Below are positions 53,861 through 64,000 of a stretch of 64,000 bases of DNA, in pieces. Origin of the DNA: Schmidtea nova (taxonomy: Eukaryota). Each line of letters opens with the position of its first letter. The stretch's first letter is position 1. The notes below the pieces were generated by a model. It did no database searches. It saw nothing but the letters and a program-made list of their open reading frames with translations, and had not been told where the DNA came from. Position numbers and translations under genes: made by a program. The DNA lies in NCBI GenBank assembly GCA_044892505.1, contig CM097882.1, positions 312,356,001-312,420,000 of the forward strand, in the 5' to 3' direction.

Positions 53861-56800
53861 GTGCCTGCATCAGCTCAATCGTCTGCCATTCCCTCTAATG
53901 AGACTGATGCAGAGAGCACAACTAAAAATAATATTTCAACTATCGACAATCGTGATCCTGAAGTGTGGTTTTCTGATAATGATATTGATTGGTATCTTGA
54001 AAACCACATTGATAATCCAATGCATGGATATATTAAATGCTTTATAGTAAATATCATCTGTTCTAACATCACAGAAGATATTGTTGAAATTCCACCATCT
54101 ATTAGCAATGCTGAAATTGTATTTTGTCCACTCAACATTAACAATTCGCACTGGATTCTTTTTGTTTATAGTAAGAAAATGTTATCTTCTTACTTTATTG
54201 ACCCAATCCTTGCAAACAGACAAAAGCCAATCAATAAACAAATGGCTCAGAGAATTAACCTAAAACTGAATAGATTTTTTAATCTAAATATATCTGTGTC
54301 CCGACATCCACACAAACATCTTGAATATCAAAATAACAGCTTTGATTGTGGCCCATTTACGTGTGCTTATGCTGTGATTATCAGTAAAGATTTGAACAGC
54401 TTTCCAAATGGGTTCATAGAGAAAATTCGTACCAGTGTGCATGAAAATCAAAATCGTATGCAAATAACCGAATCCACCTTATTCGCTGGTACTAACTCCA
54501 AGATGGACATGACCAAAATAAATATCAAGAAAGCTCTTGCAAAAAAGAAAGTCATCACCAACACCTCAGATATGACCAAAATATTGAACACTCAAAAACC
54601 GTGTGTGTCATCAATAATTAGTAAATATTACGAAAGTAATTCTAAAATAACAGTCTTATCTGCTGAACTAACTTTAAACCTAATTGCACAAAATACCTCC
54701 TTCATAGCTGATAATGTCACTTTCAAGCAGTTCAAAGGAATCGATCATGTTATAAGCATCATTCCTAAATTTAACGATTGGTGTCTCTTTGTCTATTCGA
54801 ATAAACTTGACAGGAGCTACATGTTCGACTTCAATTATCGAAACATTGATGAAAGGCTAATTGAAATTGGTGAAAAGATAACTGAATATCTGAATCAATT
54901 CACTCTTGTTTCTAAAATAAAATTCACACCTCATCATAGAATTTCTCATCCAACATTTCATTCTTACGATGATCAATATTTTGCAAGTTCTTTTATTGTA
55001 TTTTTTGAGAAACTTGTCTTTGAAAGAATACTTGACAATGATAAGGTTTATGACTCATTAAGTGCTCTAAAATATCAGTCTTGTAAAGATCTTTCTCCTA
55101 GCCTAAGTTTCATTAATGGTAAAATATCCGACAAAATTATTGAGGAATATTTTGCTAGCCTAAACTTATCGACCAAATATATTCTTCTAAACACAACAAT
55201 GTGTAGTGCGCTTTCAGATGATTGCACTGAATACTTGAAAGACTTTGTAAACATTGAGTGCATGATGAAGGCTACTGTAATCTTTGTAATCATTTCTCCT
55301 CCAAGAGCCCACGACTTGCTCATGGTTATTGATTACGACGCTGATGAGCACTATTTATTAAGCCCAGTCACTAATGACTTGTTCGTTATGACTGAAGGAT
55401 TCTGCTATAAATTACTAATTAAAATTAATGAGATTAGAGAGAGCACAGGACGTTCCTTGAAATCGCGTAATTGTCGACATGACGTTAAAGGTTCTGGCTT
55501 ATTTAGTAGGTTATTAATCTGTGCCTTTATTAAATATTATGCATTTGACCGATCTCTAGAAAATATCAATCTACATGAAATTGGCAAAATTATCTACTCA
55601 CTTGTGCCATTAGTTGATAAAAATGATAATGCTGAGGAAGAAAGACGACTAAAATCAAAAGCTGTAAACTCTTTAAAACTAAATTTAAAACAGCGAATAG
55701 AAAAAGCCAATAATCTTATAATTTCACTTGAACACGCTAGTATTGATGAAATCATAAGTGGCATTCTTTCAAATATTCCTCGTCTTAAAGATTTGAACAC
55801 CGATCACATTCGTACACCATATTTAGGTACTAAAATAGAAAAAGCTAGAAAATTCAAAAATTCCACTGAATTTCTGTCAAACATGAAAAAGACTGTGTAT
55901 AGGATTTTGGGTAACAACACAGAATCAATTGCACCTCCTTTTCAGGAAATTATTGACACTTTCAGTCATCCTGATACATTACCTAGAAATTGGGAAAACA
56001 TCTTAAAATTCACCAAGAGTTCTAAATATAGTCTTGAATTAAATCCAATGACACCTAAAGAAATCCTTTCAAGTCTTTGCAAAGCTGACAACACTTCTCC
56101 AGGTCTTGATAATGTTTGTTATAAAGATCTTTTGTTATTAGACCCTGAATGTAAATTGCTAGCTTTTCTGTACAATAAAATCCTAAAATTAGACATTATT
56201 CCTACAAGTTGGAAATCATTTAAAACCATACTAATCCCCAAACCAGATAAAAATGGCCAATATCATAAAATATATTCTTGGCGACCAATTGCCTTATTAT
56301 CTGTCATTTACAAAGTCTTCGCTTCAGTTTTGGCAAATCGTCTAAGCTTATGGATAAGAAATAATTCCATGTTACACATTGGCCAAAAAGGTGGTTCGGA
56401 GTACGAAGGATGTATTGAACACAACTCTATTCTTTCTGCTATCGTCGAACATTCAAAATACAGCAAGTCTTCACCTTTAACGATAGCTTGGCTAGACATC
56501 AAAGATGCCTTCGGAAGTGTTCCACATGACTACATGTGGACACTGTTAAAACACATAAATGTTAGTGATAGGTTTGTAGGAATTTTAAAACTGCTCTATA
56601 CTGATACAAGCTCGTTTTATTGTTGCAATAAAATGCAGACACCGGATATTCCAATAAAGAAAGGAGTTAAACAAGGTTGTCCGATCTCAATGATATTGTT
56701 TGCAATAGCTATTAACCCAGTACTTGAGTCTATTAATCTATCAAACGTTAATCCTTTTACGATTGGAACATCTCCGGTACAGGTGTTGGCTTATGCGGAT

Positions 56801-58470
56801 GATATCGCACTTATCGCGACAAATACCTCTGATCTGCAAATACTCATAAACGTTGCTGTAAACACCGCTAAAACAATTGGATTTGAATATCGTCCAGAAA
56901 AGTGCGCTTATATGCAATACCCTAAAATAGAAACTGTAAGCGAGATTTCTGTCAACAACGTTCTTATAAAAAAGATTGCAACAAATGAATTTTACCAATA
57001 CTTGGGAGTACCAATAGGTGACAATAATGACCAAAGTCCCTATGAAATTCTAAGCAAAGTAATTGAAGACACAAAGAAAATAGCAAATTCTGATCTTTAC
57101 GGCTGGCAAAAACTTAAAGCGTATAAGGTCTTTCTGCATTCTCGCTTGATTTTTCCATTTAGAACTAGGGAAATCAAAACAAGTTCTTTAGCTGATTCGA
57201 GTAAAAATTCAAAATTAAATGTAAATAATACGAGTATTTTGAGGAGTCATCTTAGAAAAATATTGCACTTGCCACACTACTCTGAGATTAGCTATTTTTA
57301 TAATTCTACTGAAAACGGCGGTGCAGGCTGCATAGACTTACTTGACGAGTATCATACACAGACAATCGTGTACTTTTTCCGCTTGTTAACATCATCGTGC
57401 GAATATTCGAAAAAGATAAATACTGACTCGCTTTTATTTGTCACAAGTCCGAGACTCGGAATCAAAAATCCAGTTCTTAAACAAAGTTTAGAATGGATAA
57501 ATGGAAAAGAGAGCAAGAAAAACAACAGTGGTTGCAAAACTCGATTTTATCGGTTGCGATCATCCATTGCTTACTTTTCTAAAGTTCACAACATTAAATT
57601 GTTATTTAAACAGTGAAAGGGAATCCTTCTATCCGTATAACCACTACACTTAAGGGAACACGTATATTATTACCAACATTAAGAAAAGCCTTGTCAATGA
57701 TTTTACATTCAGCTCTCCAGGATTCGTATCTCGAGAAATGGGAGAATAGCAATCATAATAATCTGCTTGTATCTGCGATAAAACTCTGTCCACTTGTCAA
57801 CAAGCTTATTTTCCGCAGTGATTTGACAGAATTTGAATGGAGATTCGTCCATCGAGCAAGAACGAATACATTATCAATATTTGCGAAGCCATATAAAACT
57901 GGCGAAAATCGTCTTTGTCGTAGATGTAAGCTTGAAGACGAGACTTTATCACACGTTCTTCAAACTTGTAAAATGAACAAATCTTTGGCAACTAGTCGAC
58001 ATAACGCTTGCTTAGAAAAAATAAAAAGCGAGTTGAAAGATCCAAACTTGTTAGTTGTTGCGGATCATAAATGTTCCCTAGTACCGACATCAACTGAACG
58101 CGTTGATTTAATAATAACCAATAATGATAAAAAGACCATATTATTGGTAGACATGAAATGCCCAATCGATTCGGTGCCCAACTTTGACTTGGCTGATAAA
58201 AAAAACATAGAAAAGTATGATAAACTAAAATCGGAAATTAAAATAGCCAAACCCGATTATAAAGTTGAGTTGTTTACCTGCATCATAGGCTCATTAGGAT
58301 CCATTGAAATTAAAACACCTGATCTTTTAGTAAAAATGGGTGTAAAAGAAAATAGAGTAAAACGTCTGATGAAAGAGTGTGCAATTAGCAATATTGCGCA
58401 CTCGGCCAAAATTTGGTACTTTCATACCAATGGCTTTCTTCCAGATAATATAAGACAAACTTGTAAATAA
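53861..58470 (+). pseudogene. ORF2 with 1-bp deletion after 57607 (frameshift before the CCHC/endonuclease)
   Basis: TTATTTAAACAGTG vs TTATTTGAAACAGTG in other copies; split into 1251-aa and 285-aa ORFs. Confidence 0.85.
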
Positions 58471-58824
58471 ATAATTATATATATATATAAATATTTGCTT
58501 TTTAAACTCTGTAAATAAAATTTAAAGTAAATATTTTGTAAAGTAATTTTTGTATTAAATATCCAATCTTTTTAATCTGATAAATTGTCTTTGAGAGTTA
58601 TTGAATTGGGAGACCAAGTATTCTGCAACGTATGTCACTTATTCTAGACTTATCAACTTCAAAAGAATACAGTCGCAAAGCTGGATGAAGAAATCCAAAG
58701 AACCAGAAACTTCCATTCAGATTGAACAATTGTATTTTGACTGTGATTGTTTAGGGACTAATCCATGTTGATTAGATAATCTGTAAAAAAATATGTCAAA
58801 CTTGTTATATTTAATAAATGTTTA

Positions 58825-58879
58825 TTATCACGTCTGCCTAACACGCAGAAGGTCCCCGGTTCGATCCCGGGTCGAACCA
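58825..58879 (+). pseudogene. tRNA-Val(AAC) 3' fragment (nt 19-73)
   Basis: Same junction. Confidence 0.93.
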
Positions 58880-59059
58880 AATTTTTCTCAATTCATTATT
58901 TGACTTTTATTATATTTGCAACTCTTTTTTTAATTCATAACGCAATTTTGTTGTTGAATTCTCTACTTTGTACATAAATTTTATTCAAGTGAATTCAGTA
59001 CATTTTGTCAAGGTAATTCGAAAATCAAACATGCACAACAATTGTTAGTTGAAACTGTC

Positions 59060-59132
59060 GGTTCGATGGTGTAGCGGTTATCACGTCTGCCTAACACGCA
59101 GAAGGTCCCCGGTTCGATCCCGGGTCGAACCA
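59060..59132 (+). tRNA. tRNA-Val(AAC)
   Basis: Identical to 988-1060. Confidence 0.96.
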
Positions 59133-59312
59133 AATTTTTCTCAATTCATTATTTGACTTTTATTATATTTGCAACTCTTTTTTTAATTCATAACGCAATT
59201 TTGTTGTTGAATTCTCTACTTTGTACATAAATTTTATTCAAGTGAATTCAGTACATTTTGTCAAGGTAATTCGAAAATCAAACATGCACAACAATTGTTA
59301 GTTGAAACTGTC

Positions 59313-59385
59313 GGTTCGATGGTGTAGCGGTTATCACGTCTGCCTAACACGCAGAAGGTCCCCGGTTCGATCCCGGGTCGAACCA
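59313..59385 (+). tRNA. tRNA-Val(AAC)
   Basis: Identical to 988-1060. Confidence 0.96.
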
Positions 59386-59565
59386 AATTTTTCTCAATTC
59401 ATTATTTGACTTTTATTATATTTGCAACTCTTTTTTTAATTCATAACGCAATTTTGTTGTTGAATTCTCTACTTTGTACTTAAATTTTATTCAAGTGAAT
59501 TCAGTACATTTTGTCAAGGTAATTCGAAAATCAAACATGCACAACAATTGTTAGTTGAAACTGTC

Positions 59566-59638
59566 GGTTCGATGGTGTAGCGGTTATCACGTCTGCCTAA
59601 CACGCAGAAGGTCCCCGGTTCGATCCCGGGTCGAACCA
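59566..59638 (+). tRNA. tRNA-Val(AAC)
   Basis: Identical to 988-1060. Confidence 0.96.
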
Positions 59639-59818
59639 AATTTTTCTCAATTCATTATTTGACTTTTATTATATTTGCAACTCTTTTTTTAATTCATAAC
59701 GCAATTTTGTTGTTGAATTCTCTACTTTGTACATAAATTTTATTCAAGTGAATTCAGTACATTTTGTCAAGGTAATTCGAAAATCAAACATGCACAACAA
59801 TTGTTAGTTGAAACTGTC

Positions 59819-59891
59819 GGTTCGATGGTGTAGCGGTTATCACGTCTGCCTAACACGCAGAAGGTCCCCGGTTCGATCCCGGGTCGAACCA
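59819..59891 (+). tRNA. tRNA-Val(AAC)
   Basis: Identical to 988-1060. Confidence 0.96.
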
Positions 59892-60071
59892 AATTTTTCT
59901 CAATTCATTATTTGACTTTTATTATATTTGCAACTCTTTTTTTAATTCATAACGCAATTTTGTTGTTGAATTCTCTACTTTGTACATAAATTTTATTCAA
60001 GTGAATTCAGTACATTTTGTCAAGGTAATTCGAAAATCAAACATGCACAACAATTGTTAGTTGAAACTGTC

Positions 60072-60144
60072 GGTTCGATGGTGTAGCGGTTATCACGTCT
60101 GCCTAACACGCAGAAGGTCCCCGGTTCGATCCCGGGTCGAACCA
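60072..60144 (+). tRNA. tRNA-Val(AAC)
   Basis: Identical to 988-1060. Confidence 0.96.
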
Positions 60145-60324
60145 AATTTTTCTCAATTCATTATTTGACTTTTATTATATTTGCAACTCTTTTTTTAATT
60201 CATAACGCAATTTTGTTGTTGAATTCTCTACTTTGTACATAAATTTTATTCAAGTGAATTCAGTACATTTTGTCAAGGTAATTCGAAAATCAAACATGCA
60301 CAACAATTGTTAGTTGAAACTGTC

Positions 60325-60397
60325 GGTTCGATGGTGTAGCGGTTATCACGTCTGCCTAACACGCAGAAGGTCCCCGGTTCGATCCCGGGTCGAACCA
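60325..60397 (+). tRNA. tRNA-Val(AAC)
   Basis: Identical to 988-1060. Confidence 0.96.
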
Positions 60398-60577
60398 AAT
60401 TTTTCTCAATTCATTATTTGACTTTTATTATATTTGCAACTCTTTTTTTAATTCATAACGCAATTTTGTTGGTGAATTCTCTACTTTGTACATAAATTTT
60501 ATTCAAGTGAATTCAGTACATTTTGTCAAGGTAATTCGAAAATCAAACATGCACAACAATTGTTAGTTGAAACTGTC

Positions 60578-60650
60578 GGTTCGATGGTGTAGCGGTTATC
60601 ACGTCTGCCTAACACGCAGAAGGTCCCCGGTTCGATCCCGGGTCGAACCA
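60578..60650 (+). tRNA. tRNA-Val(AAC)
   Basis: Identical to 988-1060. Confidence 0.96.
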
Positions 60651-60830
60651 AATTTTTCTCAATTCATTATTTGACTTTTATTATATTTGCAACTCTTTTT
60701 TTAATTCATAACGCAATTTTGTTGTTGAATTCTCTACTTTGTACATAAATTTTATTCAAGTGAATTCAGTACATTTTGTCAAGGTAATTCGAAAATCAAA
60801 CATGCACAACAATTGTTAGTTGAAACTGTC

Positions 60831-60903
60831 GGTTCGATGGTGTAGCGGTTATCACGTCTGCCTAACACGCAGAAGGTCCCCGGTTCGATCCCGGGTCGAA
60901 CCA
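60831..60903 (+). tRNA. tRNA-Val(AAC)
   Basis: Identical to 988-1060. Confidence 0.96.
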
Positions 60904-61083
60904 AATTTTTCTCAATTCATTATTTGACTTTTATTATATTTGCAACTCTTTTTTTAATTCATAACGCAATTTTGTTGTTGAATTCTCTACTTTGTACATA
61001 AATTTTATTCAAGTGAATTCAGTACATTTTGTCAAGGTAATTCGAAAATCAAACATGCACAACAATTGTTAGTTGAAACTGTC

Positions 61084-61156
61084 GGTTCGATGGTGTAGCG
61101 GTTATCACGTCTGCCTAACACGCAGAAGGTCCCCGGTTCGATCCCGGGTCGAACCA
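61084..61156 (+). tRNA. tRNA-Val(AAC)
   Basis: Identical to 988-1060. Confidence 0.96.
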
Positions 61157-61264
61157 AATTTTTCTCAATTCATTATTTGACTTTTATTATATTTGCAACT
61201 CTTTTTTTAAGTGTTGATATATATATTGTAAATTTTAACGATTGATAAATTCTTTCAAGGTTCG

Positions 61265-63898
61265 ATGACTCAATCACCTGCTGCTCAGTCAACTGCTGCT
61301 GATGTAATGACTCAGTCTATTGCAAATCAGTCAACTGTGACGAAGCAATATGAATTAGAAAACATTCTCAAATATCAAATTTCCAGTTTGCAATGTTTTC
61401 AATCGATTTTGGATTATTTTTCTCAACTAAATGGTGGAAATCTCGCTACTGCCTCAGTTCTATCTGATGCGAATGCAAGTCAACGGAGTTCTTTCGATCA
61501 AGGATCTAAAATTTCTCAAAACCAATCTGATAATATGCCACTTTCTTATGCTGATATTGAGACTAAATTCACTAAATCAAAGGATTTACTGATTGTCAAG
61601 CGCCTGGATTCATTGGAGTCTCAATTTATGAATATGGCTGAAAAGTTAGATTATTTGGTTTCTTTTTTTAATGGCTCTGTTGATGATTTATCAGATTTTC
61701 CTAAAGTAAATGAAAATAATTTAAATAATAATCCTTTCAATAAAAATAAAGTTTTTGATATCAAAGATAAATTAATTGTAAATAATGTAGTTTTAGATAA
61801 ATCAAATATTTCAGAATTTATTGAAAATAATATTGCTAAAATTCCTAATAGTTTAATTGATGTAAATAATAAAATGTGTAATTCAAATAATAAATTTCTA
61901 AATAACCCTAATAAAGAGAATGTTAAACATTTTAATAATCCCAAAGATACATCTTCAATTGATTTGACTAACGATAAAATTATGCCAAATGAAAACATAG
62001 AAATAATTATTAAAAATAATAAAAAATCTGTTAAAATTATAGAACCTAATAAAACAACTAAACAGAAGTATGATAAATTTGAATTTAAAAATCTGGTTCG
62101 TATTTTAACGAAAAGGGAACGCCAGAAAATCTTGAATGCCTTCCCTGCTTTAATACAACTAATTAAAAAGAAAGAATCACAGAGTAAATATTTTGAAATT
62201 AATAAATTTCTTTCGAGCAAAGATTTTAATGTGAATCACTTGAATTTAATTAATTTTGATTATTTTTTCTATAGAAATTGTAATCTTTGTGTATCTTTAA
62301 AATTGAACAACGCTCCTGTCATTTCATCAGCACCAAAACCTGTTGTTTTAAAATCTATTAAATTAATTGACCATAATATCGTCAAAATAAATTCTGAAAT
62401 CCCTGACTTTGTTCGAGCTCCAATGTCAATTCGAAGATTTTTATTCAATCTTTCGCACGATCTTTCAAACACTGTTTCCATCAAGGATGAGAAACACAGG
62501 GGAAATAAAATAAATAACATTCTTACTTCAATGAAACATAAACAACAATTACCAGATTATTTAATAAAATCAAACATTAAATACGAAAATGGTGAGTTCT
62601 TATTATTAGATTTGACTAACGATAAAATCAAATTGAACGACGATAATAACTTGATAAAATCAAATTTTTCTGAACTTACTAGAAGTCAGATTAAAAATCT
62701 TTACTATTCTTATCCTTCTCTTAAGGAAGTTTGTTTCGTTGAAAATCTTGAAACAAGATCATCATCCGTTAGTAAAATTATCGAATCTTTAAAGTTAATT
62801 AATGAATTTCCAAAAAATATCATTTTTAAAGAGGGTAAATTTTATCAGTCTGATAAAAGAACAATCTCACCTAGTAGTTCTCCTGACATAATGTTCAACC
62901 TAGGTCTTTTTAATTTGGCTAGTATGAGTAGAAAAGATTGTGAATTAAAATCCATTTTAGAGAAGACTGGTTGTGACTTTAAAATAGTTGAAATAATATT
63001 CTACCTCAACTATTTAGGCTTGACTCAATCTTTAGAATTTTGCAAAAATCAAACTTATTCCGATTATGTGAGGAATTACGTCTGTAATTGCTGCTTGATA
63101 AACTCACTCTGTAGTATTGCTGATGTTGATTCGCTTTCATCTGAAGATTTTGAGGGTTGGGCGACCGAAATTGTTCAGAAAATCCCAGTTTCTTCCTATT
63201 ACTTCAATAGCTGCCAGGAAAAGCTTTTAAAGCTGAAGCAATGGGACATTTCAACTAAAATCAAAAGAATCCATAACGTTATTTCACCTGAAATAATATC
63301 TTATTTAAATAACTTTCTTGACTCTGTAGACGTAAAATTTCCATCTAAGTCTCAACAACATAATATTCTAATTAAATTAATGAAAGCTATCAATGACATT
63401 AAAATTTTTGATGACATACACGGAAATAAAGCAAAAAGACTTGTTTACTTTTTGCTAAGAGATGCCAAGAAATATTTGAATAAAAATCAACGATTCAGAT
63501 TATTTGAATCGAGCAATAAATATTGCACTTCAGAGATGGAGAATATAATTTCAGTAATAATTGAGAACCTTACCAAAGTTACTGACCATGAAGTTACTAC
63601 TCCTGAAATCACAGTTGAAGAAACGCCAATTGAAATAACTTGTGATCCTGAACCTATCGTCTTGATTAAGGAAATAAACTGTTTAAAATGTAACAATATC
63701 ATCGAAAAATGCATTCTTGTTAGAGATGGAACAAACGTCAACATCTGTGAAAGCTGTCTATTTGACGCAATTACCTTTGAAAAGCCGATTCCTGAAGCTA
63801 CTAATTCGGATATCGAAGAAAATATAGAAACAAATTGTAAGAAATCTTGTCCAAGACCTAGAAAAACAGACAAGAAAACATCAACCAAAGCAAAATGA
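61265..63898 (+). CDS. ORF1 protein (877 aa)
   Basis: Near-identical to the copy 1 ORF1. Confidence 0.88.
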   Translation: MTQSPAAQSTAADVMTQSIANQSTVTKQYELENILKYQISSLQCFQSILDYFSQLNGGNLATASVLSDANASQRSSFDQGSKISQNQSDNMPLSYADIETKFTKSKDLLIVKRLDSLESQFMNMAEKLDYLVSFFNGSVDDLSDFPKVNENNLNNNPFNKNKVFDIKDKLIVNNVVLDKSNISEFIENNIAKIPNSLIDVNNKMCNSNNKFLNNPNKENVKHFNNPKDTSSIDLTNDKIMPNENIEIIIKNNKKSVKIIEPNKTTKQKYDKFEFKNLVRILTKRERQKILNAFPALIQLIKKKESQSKYFEINKFLSSKDFNVNHLNLINFDYFFYRNCNLCVSLKLNNAPVISSAPKPVVLKSIKLIDHNIVKINSEIPDFVRAPMSIRRFLFNLSHDLSNTVSIKDEKHRGNKINNILTSMKHKQQLPDYLIKSNIKYENGEFLLLDLTNDKIKLNDDNNLIKSNFSELTRSQIKNLYYSYPSLKEVCFVENLETRSSSVSKIIESLKLINEFPKNIIFKEGKFYQSDKRTISPSSSPDIMFNLGLFNLASMSRKDCELKSILEKTGCDFKIVEIIFYLNYLGLTQSLEFCKNQTYSDYVRNYVCNCCLINSLCSIADVDSLSSEDFEGWATEIVQKIPVSSYYFNSCQEKLLKLKQWDISTKIKRIHNVISPEIISYLNNFLDSVDVKFPSKSQQHNILIKLMKAINDIKIFDDIHGNKAKRLVYFLLRDAKKYLNKNQRFRLFESSNKYCTSEMENIISVIIENLTKVTDHEVTTPEITVEETPIEITCDPEPIVLIKEINCLKCNNIIEKCILVRDGTNVNICESCLFDAITFEKPIPEATNSDIEENIETNCKKSCPRPRKTDKKTSTKAK

Positions 63899-63904
63899 AG
63901 ATGT

Positions 63905-64000
63905 GTGCCTGCATCAGCTCAATCGTCTGCCATTCCCTCTAATGAGACTGATGCAGAGAGCACAACTAAAAATAATATTTCAACTATCGACAATCGTGAT
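63905..64000 (+). CDS. ORF2 N-terminus (partial)
   Basis: GTG CCT GCA TCA GCT.. as in the other copies; runs off the window. Confidence 0.8.
   Translation, partial: MPASAQSSAIPSNETDAESTTKNNISTIDNRD

Larger units (their letters stand above)
51209..58824 (+). mobile_element. Retrotransposon copy 7 (type A), ORF2 frameshift allele
   Basis: Same 5' junction as copy 1; 3' junction at tRNA nt 19. Confidence 0.95.
58825..61210 (+). repeat. 253-bp tRNA-Val array segment (1 fragment + 9 intact genes)
   Basis: Starts from 59060 to 61084 every 253 bp. Confidence 0.95.
61211..64000 (+). mobile_element. Retrotransposon copy 8 (type B), cut by the window end
   Basis: Leader + ORF1 + start of ORF2. Confidence 0.93.

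Noticed and set aside
58825-61210. GC-rich repeat with regular spacers beside an RT gene, resembling a CRISPR or retron-type array
   Set aside because: The spacers are identical, the repeat is a complete tRNA-Val cloverleaf with Pol III signals, and there are no cas genes
1-64000. Whole array as a pure assembly artefact
   Set aside because: Copies differ by private and shared SNPs, three junction types and variable unit counts; exact copy number still needs long-read confirmation

Overview
This is eukaryotic, very AT-rich DNA, and the whole window is one composite repeat. A head-to-tail tandem array of a 253-bp unit (73-nt tRNA-Val(AAC) gene + 180-bp spacer; 23 intact genes) is interrupted by nine co-oriented, near-identical copies of a ~7.6-kb non-LTR retrotransposon (7 complete, 2 cut by the window edges). 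The element has ORF1 (877 aa, C-terminal C4 zinc finger) and ORF2 (~1536 aa: Ulp1/C48 protease, RT, CCHC knuckle, restriction-like endonuclease). This matches the NeSL/R5-like RLE architecture, so a flatworm-like host is plausible but only inferred. All eight visible 3' ends join the tRNA at the same base (nt 19, just 3' of the A box), and one copy keeps a 13-bp target-site duplication: it is a tRNA-Val-specific retrotransposon. Notable details: (1) ORF1 and ORF2 are in the same frame, separated by a single UGA followed 5 nt later by an 18-bp hairpin, suggesting gag-pol-like programmed readthrough; (2) ORF2 appears to carry three tandem Ulp1-like domains, only the first catalytically intact; (3) the ORF1 start codon sits in a copy of tRNA nt 1-9; (4) there are three recurrent 5'-junction types and the copies are recombinant mosaics; (5) two copies have lost the endonuclease through a nonsense change or a frameshift.
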